A stretch of 64,000 bases of DNA from an uncultured delta proteobacterium (lineage in GTDB: Bacteria > Myxococcota_A > UBA9160 > SMWR01): NCBI GenBank assembly GCA_963832165.1, contig CAWHTE010000007.1:960001-1024000 (forward strand), given 5' to 3'. This document shows positions 19,909 through 29,952 of this stretch, one piece after another (positions within the stretch are counted from its first letter, which is position 1; every line of letters begins with the position of its first letter). The notes beneath the pieces were generated by a model. That model was not told the origin of the DNA. It ran no database searches and was given only the letters and a program-made list of their open reading frames with translations. The translations under genes and the position numbers were made by a program.

Positions 19909-20328
19909 GTGGCCAACACCTTCCACGTCTCGTTGAATGTCGAGAACATCTCCGACGCGGTTGCGCGATACCGCAAGATCCTCGGCGCCGAGCCGGCGAA
20001 GGTTCGCGAGGACTACGCGAAGTTCGAGCTCGCCGACCCGCCGCTGATCCTCTCCTTGAACCTCGGCGGCGAGCCGGGCACCGTCGGACATCTCGGCATC
20101 CGCTATCCCGAATCCGCCACGGTGGCGAACGAGCTGCGACGGGCCGAGGGCGACGCACTGGAACCGCTCCGCCAGGACGGCGTCACATGCTGTTATGCGA
20201 AGGCCGACAAATTCTGGGTGAACGACGCCGACGGCCTCGCGTGGGAGATGTATACGTTCCTGGCCGATGCGGAGCCCGAGCGGGCCCCTGCGCCTCCGCC
20301 GGCATCCGGCTGCGGGTGCGCCGCCTGA
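19909..20328 (+). CDS. ArsI/CadI family VOC metalloenzyme
   Basis: FHVSLNV, YAKF, HLGI, TCCYA, KFWV.D.DG..WE; vicinal Cys pair. Confidence 0.88.
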   Translation: MANTFHVSLNVENISDAVARYRKILGAEPAKVREDYAKFELADPPLILSLNLGGEPGTVGHLGIRYPESATVANELRRAEGDALEPLRQDGVTCCYAKADKFWVNDADGLAWEMYTFLADAEPERAPAPPPASGCGCAA

Positions 20329-20341
20329 GAAGGATGAAGGA

Positions 20342-20893
20342 ATGAGCGAGCGCATCTACGACGTGCTCTTCCTCTGTACGGGAAACTCCGCTCGGAGCAT
20401 CCTTGCCGAATCGATCCTGAACCGCGCAGGCCACGGTCGGTTCCGCGCTCACAGTGCCGGAAGCCTTCCGAAGGGCCGCGTCCATCCGATGGCGCTCGAG
20501 CTGCTGCGCGCACGCGGGTACGAGACGAATGCGCTGCGCAGCAAGAGCTGGGACGAGTTTGCGAATCCCGGAGCTCCGAAGCTCGACTTCGTGTTCACCG
20601 TATGCGACAACGCGGCGGCCGAAGTCTGCCCGATCTGGCCCGGCCAGCCGATGACGGCGCACTGGGGGATTGCGGATCCCGCGGCCGTCTCGGGAACTCC
20701 TCTGGACCAGAGCCGCGCATTCCGGCGGGCCTATCAGGAGCTGGCTCGCCGGATCGATCTGTTCCTCGCGCTACCGCTCTCCAGCATCGACCGGATGAGC
20801 TTGAAGAACCGACTGGACGAGATTGGCAAGTCGCCTCGTGCGATGGAGGCGGCAGGCCGCGACACCCGCCCAGCCGAAGGCGAGCAGGAATGA
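20342..20893 (+). CDS. arsC: Arsenate reductase, LMW-PTP family
   Basis: FLCTGNSARS, SKSWDEF, TVCD, CPIWPG, HWGIADP. Confidence 0.93.
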   Translation: MSERIYDVLFLCTGNSARSILAESILNRAGHGRFRAHSAGSLPKGRVHPMALELLRARGYETNALRSKSWDEFANPGAPKLDFVFTVCDNAAAEVCPIWPGQPMTAHWGIADPAAVSGTPLDQSRAFRRAYQELARRIDLFLALPLSSIDRMSLKNRLDEIGKSPRAMEAAGRDTRPAEGEQE

Positions 20894-21412
20894 GCTCGAC
20901 GGCTCCGGCACGACCGTCACCACCACGTCGTTGAACACGTTGCTGAATTCCGGCGGCGTCATCTCGAACGGATTGCCGTTGTGCAGCGCAACGATCCGGC
21001 TCGAGTCGAGCATCGAGAGCGTCTCGTCGGGAGCGCCCGCGACCATCGTCACCTCGGCCACGGGGAACTGGCCGTCCGCTGGCAGCGGGTTGCTGGTGAA
21101 GTCGCCGACGATCGAGAAGTGGAGCGGGTCGGCGTCCGCGTCGTAGACGAACGAGAAGCCATTGCCCAACTCCACCGAGGGCGATCCGAACGCGAACGGC
21201 GCGGAGAGCTCGAAGTCGAGCTGGACCGAAGTGACCGGTGTGTCGCCCGGGAAGACCACCATGATCAGCACGTAGTTCGCGCCGCTCTGCGCCGTGGCGG
21301 GCGGGAAGGGCTGGACGTCGAGAAAGGGATGCGCCGCCGCGAGGCCGGGAGACCAGAAGGCCAGGACAACGATGGCGCGTCGGCAGACCTGCAATAACCG
21401 CTTGAACCGCAT
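20771..21412 (-). CDS. Secreted PEP-CTERM protein
   Basis: Signal peptide ending AAA; C-terminal VPEPSSSFLLAFGWAGVAACRLHRTRR; 3' end overlaps arsC. Confidence 0.8.
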   Translation of the reverse strand: MRFKRLLQVCRRAIVVLAFWSPGLAAAHPFLDVQPFPPATAQSGANYVLIMVVFPGDTPVTSVQLDFELSAPFAFGSPSVELGNGFSFVYDADADPLHFSIVGDFTSNPLPADGQFPVAEVTMVAGAPDETLSMLDSSRIVALHNGNPFEMTPPEFSNVFNDVVVTVVPEPSSSFLLAFGWAGVAACRLHRTRRLANLVQSVLQAHPVDAGER

Positions 21413-21531
21413 CCGGAGCGCCTCATCCCATCGACGAGTTCACGATGCTACGCGCCGAGTGGGCACGGTTCAAGCGAGGAACGCGAGCGCTTCCCCTACG
21501 CTCACCGGGAAGGTGCGGAGACGATGACGCA

Positions 21532-23694
21532 ATGGTGAAACCCCAGAAGCCTGCGCCGCTCCTCGGAACGCTGTCGCAATGGACCGCCATCGCCATCTGC
21601 GCCGCGCTCGGCTTCGGCGTGTTCGCATTCGTCGATCTCACTCCCGAGATCCAGGCCGACTTCTTCTTCTCCACCGACGATCCGCAGCTTCAGAACTCGC
21701 TCCAGATCGAACGCGAGTTCGGAGGTACGCAGCAGATCCTCGTCGCAGCGCGTTCCGAGCAGCTCGTAACGAGGGACTATCTGCAGCGACTCCGCGCGCT
21801 GACGGAGGCGCTGCACCAGATCGAGGGCGTCGAGGCATCGTCGCTCACCCGCGGCCCGCAAGAGCGGAGCCAAGAGGAGGAACTCGACCCGGCGGAGGTG
21901 TTCGAGGACCTCTCGGAACGGCCGTTTTCGGAGCGCCTCCTCCTGGCAAGCGACCGCTCGGCCACGTTCGTCGTCCTGAGCCTCGAGGGGAAAGACCACG
22001 ATGCCACCGTGAGCGCCATCGACGAGGTCGTATCGCGTCACACGGCTCCGGGCTTCGAGATCGGCGTGTCCGGCGTTCCCTATGTCTCCGAACACGTGCG
22101 CCGCCAGCTCACGGACGATCTCCGCCGTTTCAGCATCGGCGCGTTTGGTGCGTTTGCCGTCGTCGTGGGCGTTCTGTTTCGCTCGCTCGCCGTCCTGCTC
22201 GGAGTCATGGTCGCTGCGCTCTCGGCAGCCTTTGCGACGTTCGTTGCGCGCGCGCTGATCGGCATGCCGACCGACATCCTCGCCCCGAATCTGTGGATCA
22301 TCGCGGCAGTGCTGACTCTCTCCCATGTGGTCTACCTGACGGCGGAGTGGCGCAGCCGAGCCCACGAGAGCGGCGAGCAGGCGATGCAGGAGTCGATTCG
22401 CCTCACGGCTCCAGCCTCGGGATGGTCACTGGCGGCGAACGTTCTCGGCTTCACGAGCCTGATCTTCTATTCGGCCAAGCCGCTCCAGCAGTTCGGAATC
22501 TCGGGCGCCATCGCCGCCACGCTGGCGATGGCGTGCGCCTATGGGTTGTATCCGCCGTTTCTTCGCGCTGCGGACCCGGGCCAGCGCAAGGCCGACCCGG
22601 CGACGACCCGGTTGGGGCGGTTCTTCACCACTCGCCACCCGTGGATTGCGATGGCCGTCATCATCAGCGGTCTCGCGCTCGCTCCGTTTGCGTGGTACGT
22701 CGATACGGATCCGGCCCTGCCGTCGTACTTCAGTGTCGGCAGCCGCATTCACACGGGACTCGAATCCATCGATCGCGCCGGAGGCAGCAGCCCTCTCGAC
22801 ATCGTCGTCACCGATGCCCAGCGCCGTCCACTCGACGACGACGAGGTCGTCGCGCGGCTCGGGGCACTTCAGCGCCGGCTCGAAGAGCACCCGGAGGTGG
22901 GCTCGGTGCTCTCGGTTGCGCTCCTGATGGAAGAGGCGGAACGGCCCTGGTACTCGAACTTGTTGCCCTGGGAAGTGATCTTCGAACGGCTCGAAAGCCG
23001 CGATCACGGCGAGGTCGGCCGCTATTTCGTCAGTGAAGACCGCCGCCGCGGGAGATTCATCCTGCAAATGCGAGAGCTGGAGCGCGCGCGGCCGCGCGAA
23101 GTCATCATCGGCGAGATCGACGGCATCGTGCGCAAATCCGGCTTTACGCCCGTGCTGGTCGGCGGACTCTATCCCCTGGCCAACGAGATGTCGGAGCTGG
23201 TCGAAGGAAGCGTGATTCGCGGCCTCGGTGGCTTGCTCGGACTGTTCTTCGTGATCGTGCTGATCGTCACGCGCTCGCTCGGGAGCGCGCTTGCGATGGC
23301 GTTGTGTCTCGGCGTCACGCCGTTGTTGTTGTTCGGCCTGGTGAGCCTTCGCGGAATGCCGGTCGACATCATCTCCGCTCCGGCGGCCAACGTCGCCCTT
23401 CCGCTAGGCGTCGACGAGATGATCCACCTCGGCTACGCGATTCGGCGGCAGCGGGGGCGCAAGAGGGCTGGTTGGGCGGCGTGGCAGGAGACACTCTCGA
23501 GAATGTGGCGCCCGATCTTCGTATCCATGCTGATCGTCGTCTCCGGATTCAGCCTGTTCCTTCTCTCCAATTTCCCTCCGACACAGCGGCTGGGAATCCT
23601 GGTCTGTATCGGCGCAGCCATGACCGATCTCGTCGTACTGATCGTGCTGCCCGCAGTAGCGACGTGGAGTCCACGCCGTCGTCGCGATTCTTGA
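21532..23694 (+). CDS. MMPL/RND family transporter
   Basis: Two repeats of TM + periplasmic domain + 5 TM; SGVP, LGVDEMIH, SNFPPTQRLG. Confidence 0.85.
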   Translation: MVKPQKPAPLLGTLSQWTAIAICAALGFGVFAFVDLTPEIQADFFFSTDDPQLQNSLQIEREFGGTQQILVAARSEQLVTRDYLQRLRALTEALHQIEGVEASSLTRGPQERSQEEELDPAEVFEDLSERPFSERLLLASDRSATFVVLSLEGKDHDATVSAIDEVVSRHTAPGFEIGVSGVPYVSEHVRRQLTDDLRRFSIGAFGAFAVVVGVLFRSLAVLLGVMVAALSAAFATFVARALIGMPTDILAPNLWIIAAVLTLSHVVYLTAEWRSRAHESGEQAMQESIRLTAPASGWSLAANVLGFTSLIFYSAKPLQQFGISGAIAATLAMACAYGLYPPFLRAADPGQRKADPATTRLGRFFTTRHPWIAMAVIISGLALAPFAWYVDTDPALPSYFSVGSRIHTGLESIDRAGGSSPLDIVVTDAQRRPLDDDEVVARLGALQRRLEEHPEVGSVLSVALLMEEAERPWYSNLLPWEVIFERLESRDHGEVGRYFVSEDRRRGRFILQMRELERARPREVIIGEIDGIVRKSGFTPVLVGGLYPLANEMSELVEGSVIRGLGGLLGLFFVIVLIVTRSLGSALAMALCLGVTPLLLFGLVSLRGMPVDIISAPAANVALPLGVDEMIHLGYAIRRQRGRKRAGWAAWQETLSRMWRPIFVSMLIVVSGFSLFLLSNFPPTQRLGILVCIGAAMTDLVVLIVLPAVATWSPRRRRDS

Positions 23695-23702
23695 TTCACT
23701 GA

Positions 23703-24935
23703 CTATTTGTGCGCAGCCTTGCGTCGTGCGGCGAGGAACAGCTCGCGCCGGTGCGCATGGAGCGCCGCGGCGTTGCGAGGCTCCGCTTCCTCGACGAGCC
23801 CCAGCGCGCGGCCGATGCCTTCGATGGCGTCGAGTGCACTGCTGGCGAAAGCCTGGACGCTGCCGCCGACGCCCTCGACCGCCGCTCCGCCCGCGCCTAA
23901 CGGATCGCCCTGAGAGAGTTCCTCGACCACGCCGACGGCACCGCCGACGACCGCGTTCCCCGTCGCCCAGGTGACATCGCCGACGCTGCCGAGCTGCGCG
24001 AAGGGCAGGTCCCAGAGCGCGACGAGCTGGCTCGAGCGGTCGAGGACGACGTCGTCGATCCGCCCGCCGAAGAGCAGCGTGAGCGCCCTCTTGCGCTCGG
24101 GCGAGGTCGCGACCGCGGCGCCCCGGCGGATGATTCCCTCGCGCACGTCCATCGAGACGACGAGGTCGAGCTGGTCCACATCGAGGCTGGCCCGGTACGC
24201 GTCGTCGACGTAGGCGGGGAAGGAGTCGAGGTCGATCCCCGTCAGCGCGGCGTGGGCGACGAACGTCGGCTCCCTGGTTGCCGATGACGTCGTCCAATGC
24301 ACGATCGCCAGCGGCGCGGGCTTGCTCTCGGGCTGCTCGAGGTTGGCGTCGATGCTGATCTGCCCGAACCGATCCTCCGACTCTCCGCTGCCCGTCTGCA
24401 CGTCGAGGACGGAGGACTCGATGTCGACGATGCGGAGCTTCACTCCACGCGCGCGGTCGTCACACTCGACCGTACCCCCGTGGATGAACACCTCCTCCCA
24501 CAGCGTGGCAGGTCGCTTCGCCTTCTGGGGATGGGTTCTCGGCCGCTCGAGAATCTTCCCGACGTTCGTCTGCCCGTCGGCTTCGATGCGCGCGTGGAGG
24601 ACTGGATCGTCGAAGACGAGATGTTGGACGATGGTGCGTCCCTCCCAGAGCGCGCGCAGCGAGATCCTCAATTCCATGCGCTTCGCGGTCAGGACTTCCT
24701 CGTCTCCGTCGAGGAAGCGCACGCCGTGAAGGTCGGCAGTGCCACCGGCGACCGACAGATCCTGCCGCTCGGCTTCCATCGTCAACCCGTACCGCGCCCA
24801 CAGATCGGGGAGGACCCTCGCGCGGACGTACCACGGCGGTGCGAACCAGGCGGCAGCGGCGAGCACCAGGCACGCTCCGAGCACCCAGGCCCACGGGAAC
24901 CGTCTCCACGACCTCGAAGTCGACACCTCGGTCAT
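23703..24935 (-). CDS. AsmA-like/DUF748 family protein
   Basis: N-terminal anchor, beta-rich body, PVLHARIEADGQTN motif. Confidence 0.6.
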   Translation of the reverse strand: MTEVSTSRSWRRFPWAWVLGACLVLAAAAWFAPPWYVRARVLPDLWARYGLTMEAERQDLSVAGGTADLHGVRFLDGDEEVLTAKRMELRISLRALWEGRTIVQHLVFDDPVLHARIEADGQTNVGKILERPRTHPQKAKRPATLWEEVFIHGGTVECDDRARGVKLRIVDIESSVLDVQTGSGESEDRFGQISIDANLEQPESKPAPLAIVHWTTSSATREPTFVAHAALTGIDLDSFPAYVDDAYRASLDVDQLDLVVSMDVREGIIRRGAAVATSPERKRALTLLFGGRIDDVVLDRSSQLVALWDLPFAQLGSVGDVTWATGNAVVGGAVGVVEELSQGDPLGAGGAAVEGVGGSVQAFASSALDAIEGIGRALGLVEEAEPRNAAALHAHRRELFLAARRKAAHK

Positions 24936-25058
24936 GGCTTCGCGGGTTCGAGGCGACTTATATTCGCCCGATCAGGGACAGCTTGAATGGCCGTAGTGGC
25001 TCCTTCTCGGTTGGTTACTTCGTCCACACCACCACGAGCATCGTGCCGTGAAACCTTC

Positions 25059-26324
25059 GTGAAGACGAATCGAAGCGAAGAGTCCGACCGCGCGACGGGC
25101 GAAGAGCGCATGGACTCGCTTCTGGAGTCGAAGCGCCTGCGGCCGTCCCATATGCGGGCGTTGGCAGGGGCCCTCCTCGATCGCCACGCCCGTGCGCCCT
25201 CGGCACCCGACGAGGCACCGGGGCCCGAGTTCTTTCGAGGTGTGCTCGACTCGTTGGCCGTCCGACACGAACTCCCCACTGCGCTGCGAGAGCGGCTCGA
25301 GGCAAACCTCGCGAAGAACGCCGATCACCTCCTCGCCCGTGCCGGGCGCGGACGGATCCTCGCCGCTGCGGACGAGCTGACGCCGATGGACGTCTACTTC
25401 CGTGGCAGAGACGTCGGCGGAAGCGACGCCGCGGCGTCCGACGCCAAGTCCGTGCGCATCGCCCCCGATACCGGGCGTGCCTTCGGCGTACCCGTCGATG
25501 CTGCGCTCGAGGTCGCGGGTCTCTCCGTCTGGCTCGCGAGATACGAGCGTGCAGACCTCTCCGAAACCCTGATCTCGCGTTATGCGAACGAGGCCGAAGA
25601 CTTCGATCTCTATCTCGTCCTCGACTTCTACGAATCGTTCTGCGCGCTCACGCAAGGCGCGCACGCCAACGACGCGTCCGACACGTCGCCCTCCATCGTC
25701 CTCCCGCCGATTCCCTCCGATCGGACGCCCCTCACGCGGCCGATCGTCGTGGCCATGAGCGGGCTCGTCGCGAGCGGCAAGAGCACGCTCGCTCGAGCGT
25801 TGGCGGATCATCTCTCGTCACCGCTGGCGGTGGCCGACCGGATCCGGGATCACCTGGTGCACGGCGTCCCGGGGCGCCCCATCCACGAAGCGGGATGGGC
25901 CCACGGCTTCGAGCCGGGCTTCTCTGCGCGCGTCTATGGCTCGATGCTCCACCGCGGTGAAACCGTTCTCCAGTCGGGTCGTCCCGTCATTCTCGACGCC
26001 TGCTTCTCCACGTCGTTCCAGCGTGCCGCGGCCCGGGCGCTCGCGCGCAGATATGGCGCGCCCTTTCTGTTCGTGGGATGCCGCGTCGATCCGGAGACGC
26101 AGCGCGAGCGCCTGTCGAAGCGGGACGCCGAGTGGGACGACGATCCGGGCGCATGGGCCGCGATCGCCGCAGACATGGCGGGACGCTTCGTTCCTGCGAC
26201 GGACATCGCAGATGACGAGCGCATCGAGGTGGATACGAGCGCCGACCTCGAGGCGCCGCTCGAACAGGTACTCGCGCGACTCACTGGACCGTTGCTGCCT
26301 CGAGAGCTCGCCACACCGAAGTGA
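25059..26324 (+). CDS. AAA_33 P-loop kinase with degenerate phosphotransferase-like N-terminal region
   Basis: GLVASGKST, DRIR, VILDACF; start uncertain (24987-25110). Confidence 0.75.
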   Translation: MKTNRSEESDRATGEERMDSLLESKRLRPSHMRALAGALLDRHARAPSAPDEAPGPEFFRGVLDSLAVRHELPTALRERLEANLAKNADHLLARAGRGRILAAADELTPMDVYFRGRDVGGSDAAASDAKSVRIAPDTGRAFGVPVDAALEVAGLSVWLARYERADLSETLISRYANEAEDFDLYLVLDFYESFCALTQGAHANDASDTSPSIVLPPIPSDRTPLTRPIVVAMSGLVASGKSTLARALADHLSSPLAVADRIRDHLVHGVPGRPIHEAGWAHGFEPGFSARVYGSMLHRGETVLQSGRPVILDACFSTSFQRAAARALARRYGAPFLFVGCRVDPETQRERLSKRDAEWDDDPGAWAAIAADMAGRFVPATDIADDERIEVDTSADLEAPLEQVLARLTGPLLPRELATPK

Positions 26325-27079
26325 GTCACCGGTCATCCGCTCTCCTTCCCCAGCCGCTTTGCGCCGTCACCTTCGACTGCTGGAGCACGCTGCTCGTCGA
26401 ACGCAACTGGTCGGTTGCGCACGCGCTGCGGATCGACGCCCTCGTCGAAGCAGCGAAGCGGGCTGGTCGCGAGAATGATCGCGCCGAGTTGTCCGGTGTC
26501 TTCGACGCGGCGTGGAACCGCCACATCGCGCGCTGGACGAGCGGCGTCGCGTCGGGCGCAGCCGAGCTCGCACGCGACGCATTCGGGATCCTCGGCTTCT
26601 CGGAGGAGAGCGCGGGCTTCGCAGCACTCGTCACGGCCTGGGAGGAGGCCTCGCACTCCGGGGCCGTGGAGGCCGTGGACGGGACCCACGCTCACCTCGC
26701 GTTCCTGTCGGGGGCGGGCCTTCGCCTTGGCGTGGTTTGCGACACCGGCCTGACGCCCGGGCGCGTGGTCCGACGCCTCCTGGACGACGCGGGTCTCCTG
26801 ACCTACTTCGATGTCTGCGTCTTCTCGGACGAGGTCGGCGTGCCAAAGCCCCATCCGCGGATGTTTCACACGGCACTCGAGGCGCTGGCAGCCGACGCCT
26901 CCCAAAGCGCTCACGTCGGAGACCTGCTGCGCACCGATGTCGCCGGAGCGCGCGGCGTCGGAATGGCGTCCATCCGGATTCGCGCTGTCTACGATGATCC
27001 GAGCGAGCAACCCGAGGCGGATCTCCTCGCCGACTCCCACGCCCAGCTGCAGGAGATCTTCGAACGCGCACTGGGCTGA
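26321..27079 (+). CDS. HAD family hydrolase
   Basis: FDCWSTL, SDEVGVPKPHP, HVGDLLRTDVAGA. Confidence 0.88.
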   Translation: MSHRSSALLPQPLCAVTFDCWSTLLVERNWSVAHALRIDALVEAAKRAGRENDRAELSGVFDAAWNRHIARWTSGVASGAAELARDAFGILGFSEESAGFAALVTAWEEASHSGAVEAVDGTHAHLAFLSGAGLRLGVVCDTGLTPGRVVRRLLDDAGLLTYFDVCVFSDEVGVPKPHPRMFHTALEALAADASQSAHVGDLLRTDVAGARGVGMASIRIRAVYDDPSEQPEADLLADSHAQLQEIFERALG

Positions 27080-27111
27080 TCGCGCGTTTTTCGGAAGATC
27101 CGGGCTGAACT

Positions 27112-27127
27112 TGGCAGGTGAATTGCA
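27112..27127 (+). promoter_or_regulatory. Sigma54 (-24/-12) promoter candidate
   Basis: TGGCAGGTGAATTGCA matches TGGCAC-N5-TTGC spacing. Confidence 0.6.
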
Positions 27128-27268
27128 CGGCCGCGGGTAAGAGCTGCAGTTTCGCTGCTCAGGAGCGCGCACAGGCCTTCCCAGCTTGTTTCAACGCGAT
27201 TGAGAAAGCGCGACTGCGCTATACGGCTTGCAGTTTCTACAATTCACTTGCTCCCGAGGAGGTTCACG

Positions 27269-28414
27269 ATGAAGCCGATCCATGTGCTCACGTCCGCGCT
27301 GCTGATGTTCGGACTCGCAAGCGCGGCAAATGCCAACGAATTCGACGATCGCGACGCGCTGGCAGAAATGCTCGCCGCCGACACCGTCGCCGAGCTCGCC
27401 GATGCGGAAGAGGAGCTCGCAGGCGCCCAGGACACGCTCACTGCGGCTGAACAAGACCTCGCCGACGCCCAAGCGGCGCTGACCGAGGCCGAAGCGGCGG
27501 AGACCGAGGCCGAGGCGGCACTGACCGAGGCCGAAGCGGCGGAGACCGAGGCCGAGGCGGCGGAGACCGAGGCCGCGGCTGCGCTCGATGCGGCCGAGCA
27601 GGCAAAGACCGACGCAGATGCCGCACTGGTCACCGCTCAGGATGCGCTCGCCGCCGGCATCGCCGCGGCGCTGCCGCCGGAGCAGCTCGCTCCCCTCGAG
27701 GCGGACGTCGCGGCGAAGACCACTGCACGCGATGCCGCGGCAGCGGAACTCACCCAGGCTCAGGCCGACGACACCGCGGCGCAGGCTGCGACGGACGCTG
27801 CGCAGGCTGCGACGACGGCTGCGCAGGCTGAGGCGGACGCTGCGCAGGCTGCTACCGCGGCTGCACAGACCGCCATCGATGACGCCGAGGCGGCCATCGT
27901 GACCGCACAGGCGGATGTCGACGCGGCGGAAGCCACCGTGGCGGCGCTCGAGGCCGAGGTCGAGGCCTTCCAGCAGTTCGTCGCCGACCTCAGTGATTCC
28001 CAGGTCGTCGCGCTGAACCGCTCCCTCAACAACGCCGTGCACAGCGGCCTGCACATCGACTTCGATCTCGAGCTGCTCCAGCGGATCCTCGACGAGGACT
28101 TCGGGCATCGCGAGATCCAGACGCTCACGCGGGCACTCGAGCTCGAGGCGCGCTTCGCTCAGCACGCCGCGCGGTTCGAAGCGAAGGCCGAGGCCACTGG
28201 CAACGACAAGTTCCTCGGCCATGCCGAGCGGATGGCCGACCGCGGCGCCTCGCTGAAGGAGAAGTTCCTCGACAGGATCGCTTCGGACGCAGTCTCCGAC
28301 GCCACGAGCGACGCGGTCGACGAGGCCACCACGCAGGAGGTCAAGCACGCGGCGAAGCTGGCGGCGCGCGAAGCCGCAGGCGAGGCGGCCAAGAAAGGCC
28401 ACGGACGTAACTAG
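27269..28414 (+). CDS. Secreted Ala/Glu-rich coiled-coil protein
   Basis: GAGGAGG RBS, signal peptide ending ANA, heptad repeats EAEAAET and AAQAATD. Confidence 0.8.
   Translation: MKPIHVLTSALLMFGLASAANANEFDDRDALAEMLAADTVAELADAEEELAGAQDTLTAAEQDLADAQAALTEAEAAETEAEAALTEAEAAETEAEAAETEAAAALDAAEQAKTDADAALVTAQDALAAGIAAALPPEQLAPLEADVAAKTTARDAAAAELTQAQADDTAAQAATDAAQAATTAAQAEADAAQAATAAAQTAIDDAEAAIVTAQADVDAAEATVAALEAEVEAFQQFVADLSDSQVVALNRSLNNAVHSGLHIDFDLELLQRILDEDFGHREIQTLTRALELEARFAQHAARFEAKAEATGNDKFLGHAERMADRGASLKEKFLDRIASDAVSDATSDAVDEATTQEVKHAAKLAAREAAGEAAKKGHGRN
27479..27870 (+). repeat. In-frame 21-nt tandem repeats (two tracts)
   Basis: ACCGAGGCCGA(A/G)GCGGC-type units at about 27480-27575; GCTGCGCAGGCT-type units at about 27775-27870. 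Confidence 0.8.
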
Positions 28415-28452
28415 CTCCGCACGGGCGACAGCCGCGCAGCAAAGGCCCCGAA

Positions 28453-29952
28453 ATGGGCCGGCGACCCCTACGAAAGCACCGGTGCGCCGTTCTGCTGGTG
28501 GCGATGCTCGCAGCGTCGGCTGCACTCGGATCCACGGACCCGGGTGCAGCCGACGCGATGACCCGCGCTCGCGACCTGCTCGCGGCGGGACGGCTCTATC
28601 CCGCCGAGCAGGCGGCGCGGGAGGCGATTGCACTCGCGCCCGAGCAATCCGACGCGCACCGGCTACTCGGACAGGTTCTCCTGCGCCGCCGGAAACCGGC
28701 GCTGGCAGTGGTGGCCTTCGAGCGCGCGCGGGCCCTCGCGCCCGACGACGCGGAGATCGATCGCGAGCTGGGCGTGGCCTACTACGGGGCCGGTGATTTC
28801 GCGGCGGCGCGCGACCCATTTCGCAGGGCACTCGACCGGAATCCCGAAGACGCAGCTCTGCGCCTCCAGCTCGGTCGCTGCGAGCTCGAGATGGGTAACG
28901 CCGACGAAGCCGCCCGCGAGTTCGAGCGCGCCGCGCAGGATCCCGATCTCCGGCAGGTGGCCCTGTACAACCTGGGATTGGCGCGCGAGCAGAGCGGCCA
29001 GCGCGACGCGGCGCGCGAAGCGTTCGAGGACGCGCTGCAGCTCGACCAGGCGCCGACCGAGCTCACGAATCGCGCCTGGACGCACATCCAGGCGCTCGAG
29101 CAGAGCGAAAAGGATCGGCCGTGGCAGCTCGGATTCGGCGCCGGCCTGCTCTACGACAGCAACGTCCGGCGCGAGGAAGTCGATCGCGAGACTGGCGGGC
29201 CTGATGGCGCCGGTCGTTTCGAGCTCGACGCCTCCTACGCGCTGCCGGTGCGGGACTGGTTCGAGCTCGAAGCGGGTTACAGCTTCGACCAGACTCTCTA
29301 CTTCGACGCGAGTGAGTTCGATCTTCAGTCACACGCAGTCCACTTCACTGCGGAACGACCGATCGGCCCGACCGACGCCTCGCTGGGCTACCTCTACAGC
29401 TTCAATACCCTCGACGGGAGCCGCTTTCTCGATTTCCACGAGATCCGTCCCGCGCTGGGCATGGCTCCCGCGAAATGGTGGTATGCGTCGCTCTCGCCCG
29501 CGCTGCGCGTGAAGCGTTTCGAGGATGAGCCGGAACGCGACGCCGAGCAGGGCGTGCTCGGCCTCCTGCAACTCTTTCCGCTCGGGAATTGGGAGCGGCA
29601 TCTGCTGCTCGGCATCGACGGCCAGATCGAGGACGCCGACGATCGCGCCTTCGATTATCGCGGGTTCACCGCGGAGAGCGGAGTGCAGCTTCCCTTCTGG
29701 ATCGGAGGAGAGCGTCGGCAACGGCTCCAGCTGCGGTACCGCTTCGGCTACCGCGACTACACCGACTCCTCATCCAGCCCCTCGGGCCATCGCCGGGACC
29801 GCGTCCATTCCGCGCGAGCGCGGATCGAGGTCCCGATCGTGCGCTACGTCGCGGTGCGCGCGGAATACGAGTTCGAGGACGCTACCTCGGACGTGCGCAC
29901 GGCCGACTACACGGATCACAAGGTCGAGGTGGTGCTGCGCTTCGACTTGTAG
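28453..29952 (+). CDS. TPR-containing outer-membrane beta-barrel protein (DUF560/Slam-like)
   Basis: Signal peptide, about 5 TPRs, then alternating beta strands (GLLYDSNV...) ending LRFDL. Confidence 0.75.
   Translation: MGRRPLRKHRCAVLLVAMLAASAALGSTDPGAADAMTRARDLLAAGRLYPAEQAAREAIALAPEQSDAHRLLGQVLLRRRKPALAVVAFERARALAPDDAEIDRELGVAYYGAGDFAAARDPFRRALDRNPEDAALRLQLGRCELEMGNADEAAREFERAAQDPDLRQVALYNLGLAREQSGQRDAAREAFEDALQLDQAPTELTNRAWTHIQALEQSEKDRPWQLGFGAGLLYDSNVRREEVDRETGGPDGAGRFELDASYALPVRDWFELEAGYSFDQTLYFDASEFDLQSHAVHFTAERPIGPTDASLGYLYSFNTLDGSRFLDFHEIRPALGMAPAKWWYASLSPALRVKRFEDEPERDAEQGVLGLLQLFPLGNWERHLLLGIDGQIEDADDRAFDYRGFTAESGVQLPFWIGGERRQRLQLRYRFGYRDYTDSSSSPSGHRRDRVHSARARIEVPIVRYVAVRAEYEFEDATSDVRTADYTDHKVEVVLRFDL

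Noticed and set aside
27479..27870. Tandem repeats as a possible CRISPR array
   Set aside because: Contiguous 21-nt in-frame units without unique spacers; they encode heptads; no cas genes
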